Position numbers and translations under genes: made by a program
Assembly (NCBI GenBank): GCA_947085265.1
Contig: CAMTVR010000025.1
Location: 9,948-73,947, forward strand
Direction: 5' to 3'
DNA from: an uncultured Bacillus sp.
GTDB taxonomy: Bacteria > Bacillota > Bacilli > ZCTH02-B2
Length of the DNA stretch: 64,000 bases
The notes under the pieces: generated by a model
Told to the model about the DNA's origin: nothing
What the model saw: only the letters and a program-made list of their open reading frames with translations
The model's database searches: none
Part shown: positions 27,396 through 38,034 of the stretch, piece after piece
Layout of the letters: every line of letters begins with the position of its first letter
Position numbering within the stretch: position 1 is the stretch's first letter

Positions 27396-27827
27396 ATGTT
27401 CAAGAAAATCCTGGTGGCAACCGATGGCTCAGCAGGTTCGATGAAGGCGGTACAGACCGCCATAAAGCTGGTGGAAGGAGCATCCGATGTACAGGTGACC
27501 CTGATCACGGTTGTTCAGCCCGTCCCGCTCAGCCTCTATGCGGATCTGCAGGCGCTCAATATTGATCCGATGGCACTTGGTGAACGGCAGGCACAGGAAC
27601 AGGTGGAGCAGGATGCGGCGCCCTTGCGTGATGCAGGGATTGCTTATGATACCAAAGTGGTGGTCGGCGATCCAGGAACGGAAATTGTCCGCGTGGCCAG
27701 CGAGGAAGGGTATGATTTGGTCATTGTCGGCAATCGCGGTCGAAATCAGTTTGCTGAAATTGTTCTCGGGAGCGTGAGCAACCGGGTGTTGCACCACGCG
27801 GGATGTCCGGTGCTGGTGGTCAGGTAA
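27396..27827 (+). CDS. universal stress protein (UspA family)
   Basis: MFKKILVATDGS...VVGNRGRNQFAEIVLGSVSNRVLHHAGCPVLVV; SD GGGAGGGGAG. Confidence 0.85.
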   Translation: MFKKILVATDGSAGSMKAVQTAIKLVEGASDVQVTLITVVQPVPLSLYADLQALNIDPMALGERQAQEQVEQDAAPLRDAGIAYDTKVVVGDPGTEIVRVASEEGYDLVIVGNRGRNQFAEIVLGSVSNRVLHHAGCPVLVVR

Positions 27828-27987
27828 CGGGAACATTTGCCGGTTGGAAATTGGTCAGGGCGTAGAAAAACCGAGAAACCGGTCAGGGTGAGATGAAATG
27901 TCGCCATGGCTGGTTTTTTTTGTTCTGATGTGTCGTATTTTGGTGTAAGATAGGGATGTCGCAGAAAAAAGGAAGGGAGAAAGTGGC

Positions 27988-28959
27988 GTGAACAAAAGGC
28001 GATGGATCGCATTGGCCATTATCTTGGTGATCGTGGTGGCCGGGGTTGTGGTCAGTGTGGCGACGGGTAGACTGGATATGGCGTTCGGTTCCTCCCGAGG
28101 TTGGGAAGAGGAAGTGATCTCTGGCAGCGGTCGCGATCGTGTCGTGCTGATTACGCTGGATGGCGCGATCACTGAGTCGTCGTCAGGAGGGCTTTTCTCA
28201 GATGGTTTTGTCTTTGATGATCTGATGTCGCAATTGCAGCAGGCGCTGGAAGATGTGACGGTGCGCGCTGTGGTACTGAGGGTGAACAGCCCCGGCGGTG
28301 AAGTGGTCGCTTCGGATGAAATTTATCGAAAGATCAAGGAAATCCGGGAGAATGGGAAACCTGTAGTGGTAAGCATGGGGGCAATGGCGGCTTCCGGCGG
28401 CTACTACATCGCTGTCGCCGGAGATAAGATCTATGCGAATCCGAATACGTTGACCGGCAGCATCGGGGTCATTTTTAGCCTCCCCAACTACCAGAAGTTG
28501 GCTGACTTGATAGGGTATAAGGAAACGGTAATCCAAAGCGGAAAGATGAAGGATATGGGCAACCCGTTACGGGAAATGCGTCCGGAAGAGATAGATGTTT
28601 TCCAAACCCTGGTCGATGAAACGTATCAGCGGTTTGTCGACTTGATTGTCGAGGAACGGGGGTTGCCGCGTGAAGAGGTGTTGACCATCGCTGACGGTCG
28701 GATTTATTCCGGACAACAGGCCAAGGATCTGGGTTTGGTGGATGAACTGGGCACCCTGGAAGACGCGATTGAGGCAGCCAAGGAGCTGGCAGGTTTGGAA
28801 GAGGCACAGGTTATCCGGTATATCTATCCGCCATTGGGTTTATTTGACATTACCGGCAGCTTATTTGGCAAGTCGAATCCTCCTTCACCTCTTTCTGGTT
28901 TGGAGGAATTGCTGCCATTTTCTCAAGAGCCTAGGTTGCTGTATCTGTTCCAGCCTTGA
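27988..28959 (+). CDS. sppA: signal peptide peptidase SppA (36K type)
   Basis: N-terminal TM; S49 motifs VVVSMGAMAASGGYYIAVAGDKIYA (Ser) and a downstream Lys region; GTG start after GGAAGGGAGAAAG. Confidence 0.8.
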   Translation: MNKRRWIALAIILVIVVAGVVVSVATGRLDMAFGSSRGWEEEVISGSGRDRVVLITLDGAITESSSGGLFSDGFVFDDLMSQLQQALEDVTVRAVVLRVNSPGGEVVASDEIYRKIKEIRENGKPVVVSMGAMAASGGYYIAVAGDKIYANPNTLTGSIGVIFSLPNYQKLADLIGYKETVIQSGKMKDMGNPLREMRPEEIDVFQTLVDETYQRFVDLIVEERGLPREEVLTIADGRIYSGQQAKDLGLVDELGTLEDAIEAAKELAGLEEAQVIRYIYPPLGLFDITGSLFGKSNPPSPLSGLEELLPFSQEPRLLYLFQP

Positions 28960-29042
28960 TCTTCATGACATGTTGTGAACAAAGCGACGTATGATTATAG
29001 GGAGGGCAAAATAGGGAAGACATAAGGAGGAAGGGATTGTCA

Positions 29043-29561
29043 ATGGATGCGGAAAACCAGAATGTACAAAATCAGCATGCACAAAACCTGAATGGGAATA
29101 TGCAAGATGAGGCTCACGTGGAACCTGTACACCATGGTTCAGGAACAGGGATGGAGCATCGGTATGCAGGGTTTTGGATCCGTTTCCTCGCCATGTTGAT
29201 TGATGGGGTGGTGCTTTGGGCCTTGTCTGCGCTTACCTTTGACCTGATTCGAAAAGCGCAGGGAATTGGCCCGTTGGACATATCCTGGGTGGATCTTGCG
29301 GAAATCATGGTTTATTTTGCATACTATATCATCTTAACGGTTGTTTATGGTCAGACGCTCGGTAAAATGGTGGTCGGTATTCGCGTCATCCCCCAGGAGG
29401 GAGGAGCGAACCGGTGGGGGGCAATCATTTTACGCGAAGTCATCGGAAAATTTGTTTCTGCAATCATTCTTTTGTTCGGGTATTTGATGGCTGCCTTTGA
29501 TTCGAAAAAGCGGGCAATGCACGATCGGATCGCGGGCACCTATGTGGTGAAGGTTCGCTAA
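29043..29561 (+). CDS. RDD family membrane protein
   Basis: RYAGFWIRFLAMLIDGVV...MHDRIAGTYVV matches the RDD domain; ATG 29043 seven nt after AAGGAGGAAGGG. Confidence 0.75.
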   Translation: MDAENQNVQNQHAQNLNGNMQDEAHVEPVHHGSGTGMEHRYAGFWIRFLAMLIDGVVLWALSALTFDLIRKAQGIGPLDISWVDLAEIMVYFAYYIILTVVYGQTLGKMVVGIRVIPQEGGANRWGAIILREVIGKFVSAIILLFGYLMAAFDSKKRAMHDRIAGTYVVKVR

Positions 29562-29585
29562 GGCATACAGTTGTTAACATTTCAA

Positions 29586-29618
29586 GCAGGGGGTTCGATC
29601 CCCTGCTTTTTCTTTTGT
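29586..29618 (+). terminator. rho-independent terminator after the RDD gene
   Basis: CAGGGGG-ttcgat-CCCCTG followed by TTTTTCTTTTGTTTT. Confidence 0.7.
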
Positions 29619-29859
29619 TTTCATAAGGTGATGTATGGTAGGGGAAGTGATCGCTGATAGTGACAGGAGAGACTGTCAAAGCGGATCAGCTACGTTATAA
29701 ATTTTAATATTTTATTGTTTATTCTTGATATTAAAGGATAAACAAGTTAAAATTTAGTAAAACTTTTCATTAAAAGGATATTTATCAATTAAAAATCATT
29801 TTGTTTGTATTTTCATCAACATGGTCATTTTTTTGATAGAAAAAAGGGGGATGGTGAAA

Positions 29860-31554
29860 TTGAAGCGGCTTGAGTTTCGTCTTAAGATTCGGCAAAAAGA
29901 AATCAATGGATTTATCGTGGTTGTGTTGCTGTTGGTTATTGCATCGTTTGTGACAATCATGTCGCTCTCTCAGGTCAACCGGTATGTTGAAAAGATCAGC
30001 AAAGCGGAAACTAAGCTGATGACGGGTATAGACAATCTGAATCTCTGGGTGACTCAGATCAATTTAGACATCTGGGAGTATTTACTAACAGGTGAAGATG
30101 AGAAAAAAGAGCTGGCGCTCGATCGGATAGAGCAAATGCATGAAATGAAAAATCGTGTTTTGGAAGTGGTCGATGACAGAGACATCAGAGATCTGCTGAA
30201 TCAGTTGGATCAATGGGACGCGATCATTACGGGCCAGTTGATCCCTGCTTATGAGTCCGGTGTCCCAGCGTCATCGGAGATTCTTCAACAACAAGTTATC
30301 CCACTTTCCCGCCGACTGCTGGAAGGATTGGATGGATATGTGGATCAGAAGCAGGAGGATGTTGTCCAGTTAGGAAATCAAGCGATCCAGGATGGGAGTA
30401 AGGCCTTTTGGACATCGATGATTTTTTCTGCCATTGCCATCACTTTAGGCGGGTTCATTGCATTCATCCTGATTGACCCAATTGTCGTACAAGTACTACA
30501 ACTGGGTCCACGCGTGCGTCAGTTGGCTTCTGGTGATTTGCGCATCGATCAGGTGAAAGTGGTAACGCGGGATGAGGTTGGACAACTAGCTGATGATTTT
30601 AATCAAATGACGACAAATTTGCGGCGTTTGATTAGACAGCTAAGCCTGCATGCGGAGAAAGTAGCCACTTCTTCGCAACAGCTCACGGCGATGGCGGAGG
30701 AGACAACCCAGTCGGCTCAACAAATTGCGACAACGATTCAACAGGTTGCCAGCGGTTCCGAGGTGGGTAGCAAGGGTATAGAAGAGAGTGTTTGCGCTTT
30801 GGAAGAATTATCATCAGGGATTCAACGCGTGGCCGAAAGCTCTGCGGTGGCTTATGATGTGTCAGATAAGGCGGTCACGGAGGCCAATGAAGGGAATCGT
30901 TCGATTCAAGAAGCTGTGACCCAAATGATGGCGATTGACAGGACAATGTCCCACTTGACGGAAGTGGTTCGGATGCTGGATGAACGGTCACGAGAAATCG
31001 GTAAAATAGTGGAGGTGATTAGGGATATTTCTTCCCAGACCAATCTCTTGGCCTTAAACGCTTCCATTGAAGCGGCGAGAGCCGGAGAGCAGGGGCGCGG
31101 GTTTGCCGTGGTGGCAAATGAGATTCGCGTCTTGTCTGAACAAACGAGTGATTCGGCAAAAGAAATCGTCCGCTTAATCGAAGAAATTCAGAAAAACACG
31201 GAGCAGACCGTTCTGGCGACGGCCGAAGGAGCTGAGGCCGTACGTGTGGGTACCGTGGCGGTCAATCAGGCAGGTAAAGCCTTTGAGCGGATTTTGGAAG
31301 CAGCGCGAAATGTGGTGATGCAAGTGCAAGAAACGTCAGTGGCGGCAAAGCAAATGTCGGCGAGCACGGAAGAGATAGCTGTGACGTTTGAAAATGTATC
31401 TCGCTTCGCCAAGGAAAGCCTGTTGGGCACAACTGCAGTTTCGGCGGCGACCGAGCAACAGCTGTCCTCGATGGAAGAAGTGAGTGCATCAGCCGATTCG
31501 CTCAGCCGGATGGCAGAAGAGTTGCAACAGTTGATTCGACAGTTCAAGATATAA
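29860..31554 (+). CDS. methyl-accepting chemotaxis protein (TM - ~150-aa ligand-binding domain - TM - HAMP - MCP signalling domain)
   Basis: [25 protein letters not shown]; signalling-domain motif [30 protein letters not shown]; TTG 29860 after GGGGGA. Confidence 0.85.
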   Translation: MKRLEFRLKIRQKEINGFIVVVLLLVIASFVTIMSLSQVNRYVEKISKAETKLMTGIDNLNLWVTQINLDIWEYLLTGEDEKKELALDRIEQMHEMKNRVLEVVDDRDIRDLLNQLDQWDAIITGQLIPAYESGVPASSEILQQQVIPLSRRLLEGLDGYVDQKQEDVVQLGNQAIQDGSKAFWTSMIFSAIAITLGGFIAFILIDPIVVQVLQLGPRVRQLASGDLRIDQVKVVTRDEVGQLADDFNQMTTNLRRLIRQLSLHAEKVATSSQQLTAMAEETTQSAQQIATTIQQVASGSEVGSKGIEESVCALEELSSGIQRVAESSAVAYDVSDKAVTEANEGNRSIQEAVTQMMAIDRTMSHLTEVVRMLDERSREIGKIVEVIRDISSQTNLLALNASIEAARAGEQGRGFAVVANEIRVLSEQTSDSAKEIVRLIEEIQKNTEQTVLATAEGAEAVRVGTVAVNQAGKAFERILEAARNVVMQVQETSVAAKQMSASTEEIAVTFENVSRFAKESLLGTTAVSAATEQQLSSMEEVSASADSLSRMAEELQQLIRQFKI

Positions 31555-31829
31555 ACCCTCATATATGATTATCGCGAGAGGGAAATTTAGGTAGCAGGGG
31601 CTCAAACCCTCGCTTTTTCTTTGGAAAAAATGAGATAAAATTGACTGAAAGTTCAATAGGTGAAAGTGAATACAGAAGATTGTCGATGCGCATGTTGATG
31701 TATAAAAATTTAGCTGGAAAATGTTGATAATTTTCCTCAGGATATAGTAAAATTTATTAAAACCATTTTTTAGTAGATATATTTTTCTCATCATTTCTTA
31801 CAACTTATGACAACAGGGGGCTAAAAGGG

Positions 31830-33527
31830 TTGAAACGTTTCTTTTCTCGACTCAAATTACGGCAAAAGATATTGGGCGGTTTTGGGGTTATTTTGTTGTT
31901 GCTGGTCATTTCCTCGATTTTGAATATTGTCTTGATTAGTCAGATTAACCGGAATGTGGAGCAAATGATTAACCGAGAAATCAAGCAAATGATTGATGCG
32001 TATAACTTGAACCTCACGGTGACGCAGATCAATTCAAATCTTCGCGGGTATTTGTTGACTGCCGATGAGGAGCAAAAGCAACGCGCGCTGGACCGTTTGT
32101 CGCAAGTGAATGAGTTAAAAAACACTGTTCTGGCTGTGGTTGAAGATGCAGAGATCAAGGAAAAGCTAAATCAGTTGGATCAATGGTCCACTATGATTAC
32201 AGAACAGTTGATCCCGGCTTATGAGTCGGGCTTAGAAGAGTTGGCGACGGTGATTCTCAATCAGCAGGTTTTGCCGATAACCCGCGTCTTGCAGGAAGGA
32301 ATGGATACATATTCGAAACTGAAGCAGGATGATGTAACCCGTTTGGGGAGTCAGTCCATCCAGAAAGGGTATCAGACTTTGATCATGGCGAGCTCCTTCT
32401 CGCTTGCCGCCGTCATTTTAGGCGTGGTGATCGCAATTATTTTGACCAATCCGATTGTCAAACCGATTCTTCAGTTGGGTGAACGTGTGCGACAGCTGGC
32501 TTCCGGCGATTTGCGCATGGACAAGATGGAAGTCAGGTTGCAGGATGAGGTTGGGCAACTGGTACAAGATTTCAACATGATGTCGGACAACTTGAAACGC
32601 CTGGTTGGACAGTTAAGTTTTCATGCCGAGCAGGTGGCCTCCTCATCTCAGCAACTCTCAGCGACCGCAGAGGAAACGACACAGGCTACCCAACAGATTG
32701 CTTCGACGATTCAAGAGGTCGCCAGCGGCGCTGAGATGGGCGGACGGGGTGTCGAAGAAAGTTCACGAGCCTTGGAAGAATTGGCGGCAGGGATCCAGCG
32801 GGTGGCTGAAAGCTCCTCTGCAGCTTTTGATGTTTCAGAAAAGGCAGCGGATGAAGCCAATGAAGGGAATCGTGCGATCCAAGAAGCAGTGACGCAAATG
32901 ACGGTTGTGGACAGTACCATGTCTCATCTGGCCGAGATGGTTCAGTTGCTGGATGAACGATCGCAAGAAATCGGCAAGATTGTGCAGGTGATCACGGATT
33001 TTTCCTCGCAGACCAACCTTCTGGCTCTGAATGCTTCTATCGAAGCGGCAAGAGCCGGAGAGCAGGGGCGCGGGTTTGCCGTTGTGGCGAATGAGATTCG
33101 CAATTTGGCTGAACAGACGAGAGGTTCGGCCGAAGAGATTATCCACCTGATTGAAGAGATCAAGAGAAATACAGAGCAGACGGTCAAGGCAGCGGCAGAC
33201 GGAACAGAGGCAGTGCGCTCAGGATCTGCCTTGGTCGGTGAGGCAGGCAAAGCGTTTGAACGAATTCTGGAGGCCGCGCGCAATGTTGTGATACAAGTGC
33301 AAGAGACCTCGGCTGCCGCCGAAGAGATGTCGGCCAGCACAGAAGAGATGACCGCCATGTTTGAAGAAGTGGCACGTGCCACTAAGGAAAGTTTGTCGGG
33401 TACAACCACGATTTCAGCCGCGACCGAGGAACAGCTGGCCTCGATGGAGGAAGTGAGCGCATCGGCTGATTCGCTCAGCCGGATGGCGGAAGAGTTGCGG
33501 CAACTGGTTCAGCAGTTTAAGATTTAA
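31830..33527 (+). CDS. methyl-accepting chemotaxis protein, tandem paralogue of the preceding gene
   Basis: Same architecture; C-terminal halves are nearly identical at the nucleotide level; TTG 31830 after CAGGGGGCTAAAAGGG. Confidence 0.85.
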   Translation: MKRFFSRLKLRQKILGGFGVILLLLVISSILNIVLISQINRNVEQMINREIKQMIDAYNLNLTVTQINSNLRGYLLTADEEQKQRALDRLSQVNELKNTVLAVVEDAEIKEKLNQLDQWSTMITEQLIPAYESGLEELATVILNQQVLPITRVLQEGMDTYSKLKQDDVTRLGSQSIQKGYQTLIMASSFSLAAVILGVVIAIILTNPIVKPILQLGERVRQLASGDLRMDKMEVRLQDEVGQLVQDFNMMSDNLKRLVGQLSFHAEQVASSSQQLSATAEETTQATQQIASTIQEVASGAEMGGRGVEESSRALEELAAGIQRVAESSSAAFDVSEKAADEANEGNRAIQEAVTQMTVVDSTMSHLAEMVQLLDERSQEIGKIVQVITDFSSQTNLLALNASIEAARAGEQGRGFAVVANEIRNLAEQTRGSAEEIIHLIEEIKRNTEQTVKAAADGTEAVRSGSALVGEAGKAFERILEAARNVVIQVQETSAAAEEMSASTEEMTAMFEEVARATKESLSGTTTISAATEEQLASMEEVSASADSLSRMAEELRQLVQQFKI

Positions 33528-33563
33528 CCTACGATGACAAATGAATGAGTGAAAAACTGATCG

Positions 33564-33593
33564 CAGGGGTGAGTTATCACCCCCTGTTTTTTT
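33564..33593 (+). terminator. rho-independent terminator after the second MCP gene
   Basis: CAGGGGTGAGTTATCACCCCCTG followed by TTTTTTT. Confidence 0.7.
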
Positions 33594-33704
33594 ATGCCTA
33601 GTACACTGAGCTAATCATGATTCTGAGCATCTTTGTAGGAAATTCTTGATGAATCAGGGAATTTAAAGTAAAATCAATTCACCTTCATAAGAGAGGGAAT
33701 CTGA

Positions 33705-36188
33705 ATGAACAAGCAATTCATTATCATGAAAGACGTATTAAATAAAGGGATCATTGCGCTTTTTCTTTTAAGTCCGCTCATTTTATCTCTTTCTATGATC
33801 TTTTATCCTTATCTGCCTAAAGAACTCTTTTTTTATCCCGTTCTTCATGTGTTATTAGAATTTTTGTCGATTTTCGCAAGCATCTTGATTTTCGTCATCG
33901 GCTGGCACTCTTATCAATACAACCATTCTCCCCTTGTTTTGTTGATGGCGGTGCCATTTCTGGAGGTTGGATTGCTGGATTTGGCTCATGTTTTGACTTA
34001 TCCTGGCATGCCGGGTTGGGGAATTTTGGATTCTCCCCAAAAATCGATCCACTTGTGGTTGTGGGCCCGGTGGATTGAAAGTCTGTCGATTTTGGTGGTA
34101 CTGCTCTGGCCTTGGCAGCGTCTGCAGAAGCCCTGGTTTAAAAAAATGTTGCTCTTGATTTGTTTTTCTAGCTTATTTTTAATATTGGGAACTGTGTTTT
34201 TTTGGGAAAGCCTGCTGCCTGATGTATACCGTGCAGACGGCAGTTTCACGCTGTTTAGGCAAGGGATGGAGCTGGGTGTGATACTGCTCCACATCTGGGC
34301 GGCAGGGCTGGTGTTATGGCGAAAAAAACTTCCCAGAATGCTGCGCTCCTCATTTGTTTTACTTTTTATTCTGGTATCAGGAATCGGAGAAGTGTTTTTC
34401 ATTTTCAATCAAAACGTTGAAAATGGACTGAATTTCCTCGGGTATATGTATAAAGCGGTTGCTTATGCTTTTCTGCTGCAAGGCATCTTGGTGCATGGGA
34501 TTCGGGAACCTTATGAACGGCTGATGCTTTCGACAAGAATTTTGCAAAACATGTCAGAAGGAGTCATCGTCACAGACCAAAACCAATGCGTTATCTCTCT
34601 CAACAAAGCGTTTGCAAATCTTACGGGATACAAACAGGAAGATTTGCTGGGAAAAACACCGAAGGTTCTGTCGTCTGGCCATCATGGCCAGGAATTTTGC
34701 CAAGAAATGTGGCAATCATTGGAGCAATCCGGCATGTGGCAGGGTGAAATGTGGAATCGCAAGAAGAATGGCGAGCTTTTTTTGGCATCAGTCACCATCA
34801 CGGCGATAAAGGATGAAACCGGATTTGTCACACACTATGTCGGCTTTTTTAAGGATGTGACCGAAAAAAAGCGGATGGAGGAGCAGATCCGTTTTCAGGC
34901 TTTTCACGATCCTTTAACCGGACTGCTCAATCGCGCCGCGTTTCTTGCGAAGCTTGAGAAGATTATCAGAGATGCCGTACGAACCGGCCAAAAACTGGCT
35001 TTGATTTTTTTGGATTTGGATCGGTTTAAACAAATGAATGACAGTTGGGGTCACGAGGCGGGTGACATTTTATTAAAGCAGGTTGCAGAACGCTTGTTGC
35101 AGGGCGTTCGGGAGTCTGATTTGGTGGCGCGGTTTGGCGGGGATGAATTTGTCATCCTTGTTTCTGGGTTTTCGAAAATGCATGAAGTGAAAATGGTTGC
35201 AAACCGCATTTTGGAAAAGATAGAAGAACCGTACTATCTTTATGACCAATCGTATTATATCGGGGCCAGCATTGGGATTAGCCTGTACCCGAAGGATGGA
35301 ACCGATCAGGAAACGTTGATTCAATATGCGGATCTTGCCATGTATCGAGCAAAAGAAAGTGGCGGCGGGATTGTTTTCTATGATGACGAGATGCGGGAAT
35401 ATAATACAACACGCATGAGAATTGAAACGCTTTTGCGGAAATCTGTTCACAGCCCAGATTTTGAATTGTATTATCAACCTCAATACCATGTTCAAACGGG
35501 CCAGGCCATCGGGGTTGAAGCGTTGATTCGCTGGCGGCCGGACGGAAAGGATGCCATCCCTCCCAGCACGTTTATTCCCATTGCTGAAGAATCCGGATTG
35601 ATCAAGCCAATTGATCTCTGGGTGTTGGAAACGGCTTGCCGGCAATTTTCGGAATGGTTGCGTGTTTTGCAACGGCCGGTTCGGCTGGCAGTAAACATTT
35701 CGACGTCCCAATTTCAGCAGGGTGATGTTGTTTATCAAGTGAAAGAAATTTTACAAACAACCAACATGAAACCGGAGTTGCTGGAATTGGAGATCACAGA
35801 GAATGTGTTTATGCATAACCCTGATAAAGCCATACGCGCCATGTTTTTATTGAAAAAATCAGGCGTTCGCATTGCGATTGACGATTTTGGCGCCGGGTAT
35901 TCATCTTTGGGATACTTGAAGGATTTTCCGGTGGACAAGCTTAAAATTGACCGCAGCTTTATCCAATCGATTGAAAAAAATCCTGCCGCGTTTTCGATCG
36001 TCAAAGCGATTCTTCAAGTGGCACACGATCTAAAGATAGAAGTGATTGCCGAAGGAGTCGAGACATCCAGGCAACGAAAGATCTTACAAAGCCTGAATTG
36101 TGAAGGGTTTCAGGGTTACCTGCTCAGCCCGCCGCTAACGGCTGCAGAAACCTTGGAACGGTTGATGAATGAAAAAATTGCATTATAA
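33705..36188 (+). CDS. c-di-GMP signalling protein: N-terminal multi-TM sensor - PAS - GGDEF - EAL
   Basis: PAS (MSEGVIVTDQNQCVISLNKAF...), GGDEF (RFGGDEFVIL), EAL (YYQPQY...EALIRW..., DDFGAGYSSLGYL, KIDRSF). Confidence 0.85.
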   Translation: MNKQFIIMKDVLNKGIIALFLLSPLILSLSMIFYPYLPKELFFYPVLHVLLEFLSIFASILIFVIGWHSYQYNHSPLVLLMAVPFLEVGLLDLAHVLTYPGMPGWGILDSPQKSIHLWLWARWIESLSILVVLLWPWQRLQKPWFKKMLLLICFSSLFLILGTVFFWESLLPDVYRADGSFTLFRQGMELGVILLHIWAAGLVLWRKKLPRMLRSSFVLLFILVSGIGEVFFIFNQNVENGLNFLGYMYKAVAYAFLLQGILVHGIREPYERLMLSTRILQNMSEGVIVTDQNQCVISLNKAFANLTGYKQEDLLGKTPKVLSSGHHGQEFCQEMWQSLEQSGMWQGEMWNRKKNGELFLASVTITAIKDETGFVTHYVGFFKDVTEKKRMEEQIRFQAFHDPLTGLLNRAAFLAKLEKIIRDAVRTGQKLALIFLDLDRFKQMNDSWGHEAGDILLKQVAERLLQGVRESDLVARFGGDEFVILVSGFSKMHEVKMVANRILEKIEEPYYLYDQSYYIGASIGISLYPKDGTDQETLIQYADLAMYRAKESGGGIVFYDDEMREYNTTRMRIETLLRKSVHSPDFELYYQPQYHVQTGQAIGVEALIRWRPDGKDAIPPSTFIPIAEESGLIKPIDLWVLETACRQFSEWLRVLQRPVRLAVNISTSQFQQGDVVYQVKEILQTTNMKPELLELEITENVFMHNPDKAIRAMFLLKKSGVRIAIDDFGAGYSSLGYLKDFPVDKLKIDRSFIQSIEKNPAAFSIVKAILQVAHDLKIEVIAEGVETSRQRKILQSLNCEGFQGYLLSPPLTAAETLERLMNEKIAL

Positions 36189-36247
36189 AATCAACGAAAA
36201 GAGGAACGACCCAGATTGTGATTTTGACGATTGCGTCAAGCAAATTA

Positions 36248-36276
36248 TCTGGTATCGTTTCTATACCAGATTTTGC
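36248..36276. terminator. bidirectional terminator between the convergent GGDEF-EAL and rlmD-like genes
   Basis: TCTGGTAT-cgtttct-ATACCAGA with flanking A/T runs. Confidence 0.55.
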
Positions 36277-36419
36277 CTAAAAAATAATCAGGCTGACGTC
36301 CAAGCGACATAAAACAAAATTTAAGGAACCAAAACAGAAAATGAAATAAAGGTGTCACATGCGCTTCATGACATTCATGTGATGATTTTGAATTTCCCAA
36401 AGTGGCTTGGCAGTTCCCA

Positions 36420-37853
36420 TTATCCGGTAAAATGGATTGACGCAATACACTCCACATGTGCCGTGTGCGGGAACATGTCGACGGGCTGCACCCACTGGAT
36501 GCTGAAGCCCCCTTTCAACAGCACGTCGCAATCTTTGGCCAGCGTGGACGGATTGCAGGAGACGTAGACGATGCGCTTGGGTTGAACCTTGACGAGAGCC
36601 TCCAGCAGTGGGCGGCCGCAGCCGCTGCGGGGCGGATCGATCACAATCACGTCCGGTTTGATTCCCTGTTTCACCCATCGCGGCAAGATCACTTCTGCTT
36701 TGCCCGTGTAGAAGCGGGCATTTTTTATGCCATTCCGGCGGGCGTTTCGTTTTGCATCCTCCACTGCCTCTGGAACGATTTCGATGCCTCGCACTTCTCT
36801 GGCTGCAGGGGCCAGCCACAGTCCGATCGTCCCTACGCCGCAGTAGGCGTCTACCACCAGTTCCCGTCCAGTGAGTGCCGCTGCTTCCTTGACATAGTTA
36901 TACAATTTTACCGTCTGTTCCGGATTGAGCTGGAAGAAGGCGCGCGGAGAAAGGGAAAACTTGACTTCTCCCAACTGTTCGTCGATGTGTGCCGCCCCCC
37001 ACAACACCCTTGTTTTTTGGCCAAAGATCAAGGACGTTTTCCGTGGATTGATATTCTGCATGATGCTTTTGACGTCAGGCAGCCGGGAGCGCAGCCGCTC
37101 TACTAGTGCCGCTTCCTGCGGGATGTGTTTGGTGGCTGTGACGAGAGTGAGCTGGCAATCTTCCGTCTCAAAGCCAATTCGGGCGACAATGGTCCGCACG
37201 ACGCCGGTTTTTTTCCGTTCGTCGTATGCTGGAATATGCAGTTCTTCCAGGATATCCCGTGCCACCTGAATCATTTCATTGGTTTTCGGATGCTGGATCG
37301 GGCAATCCGTCAGTTCGACGAGTTGGTGAGTGCCGGTTGCGTAAAGGCCGGCCACCATTTTTCCGTTTCTGTACCCGGCTTGAAGCTGTGCCTTGTTCCG
37401 GTATGCCCACGGATGCTGCATGCCGGCAATCGGCCTCAGCGGCACTTCTTTGAGTCCGGTATAGCGGTGAAATGCTTCCCGCACGATTTCCATTTTCGCT
37501 TTCAGTTGCCCCGCATAGCTGAGATGCTGCAGCTGGCAGCCGCCACAGGCATGATAAACCGGACAAGGCGGATCGACTCGTTGGGGAGAAGGTTGTTGAA
37601 TTTTGATCGGTTTTCCGGTGGCATAATTCTCTTGGATGTCAACGATTTCCGCGTCCACCACTTCACCAGGCAGAGCGCCGTCAATAAAGACAACCTGCTT
37701 TTGGTAGTAACCGATCCCTTCTCCGTTAATGCCCAAGCGCCGGATGGTGACGCGGATTTTTTGCCCCATGTGCAATTTGATCCTGGTTTCGGCCGCCTTA
37801 ACCGGGCCGCTCTTTTTTGGCGCTGTGCCGGTCTTTTGCTTGTCCCTTTTCAT
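36420..37853 (-). CDS. 23S rRNA (uracil-C5)-methyltransferase, RlmD/RumA (TrmA) family, with TRAM domain
   Basis: TRAM (KIRVTIRRLGINGEGIGYYQ), 4-Cys cluster CPVYHACGGCQLQH, SAM MTase motifs DAYCGVGTIG and VIDPPRSG. Confidence 0.8.
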   Translation of the reverse strand: MKRDKQKTGTAPKKSGPVKAAETRIKLHMGQKIRVTIRRLGINGEGIGYYQKQVVFIDGALPGEVVDAEIVDIQENYATGKPIKIQQPSPQRVDPPCPVYHACGGCQLQHLSYAGQLKAKMEIVREAFHRYTGLKEVPLRPIAGMQHPWAYRNKAQLQAGYRNGKMVAGLYATGTHQLVELTDCPIQHPKTNEMIQVARDILEELHIPAYDERKKTGVVRTIVARIGFETEDCQLTLVTATKHIPQEAALVERLRSRLPDVKSIMQNINPRKTSLIFGQKTRVLWGAAHIDEQLGEVKFSLSPRAFFQLNPEQTVKLYNYVKEAAALTGRELVVDAYCGVGTIGLWLAPAAREVRGIEIVPEAVEDAKRNARRNGIKNARFYTGKAEVILPRWVKQGIKPDVIVIDPPRSGCGRPLLEALVKVQPKRIVYVSCNPSTLAKDCDVLLKGGFSIQWVQPVDMFPHTAHVECIASIHFTG

Positions 37854-38034
37854 TCACATCAGCCTCGATTCTGTCTTTGAGCCTATTTTACTACGCGGGG
37901 ACTTGTAACCATATGCTCCCCCTATTTATCAGGATTGCGGTAATGTTCATCAACATTTAAATTTAAAAATAAATTTGTTGAAGAATCATTCGCTTGACGT
38001 TTTTCATGAAATCAGGAAAAAAGGAGGAATTTTT

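Noticed and set aside
29620-29860. AT-rich 240-300 bp tracts upstream of each MCP gene, considered as mobile-element remnants or SigD (TAAA-N15-GCCGATAT) promoters
   Set aside because: No transposase, integrase or terminal repeats are nearby. Only a weak partial SigD match (GATAT) appears upstream of the second MCP. Most likely these are ordinary promoter regions.
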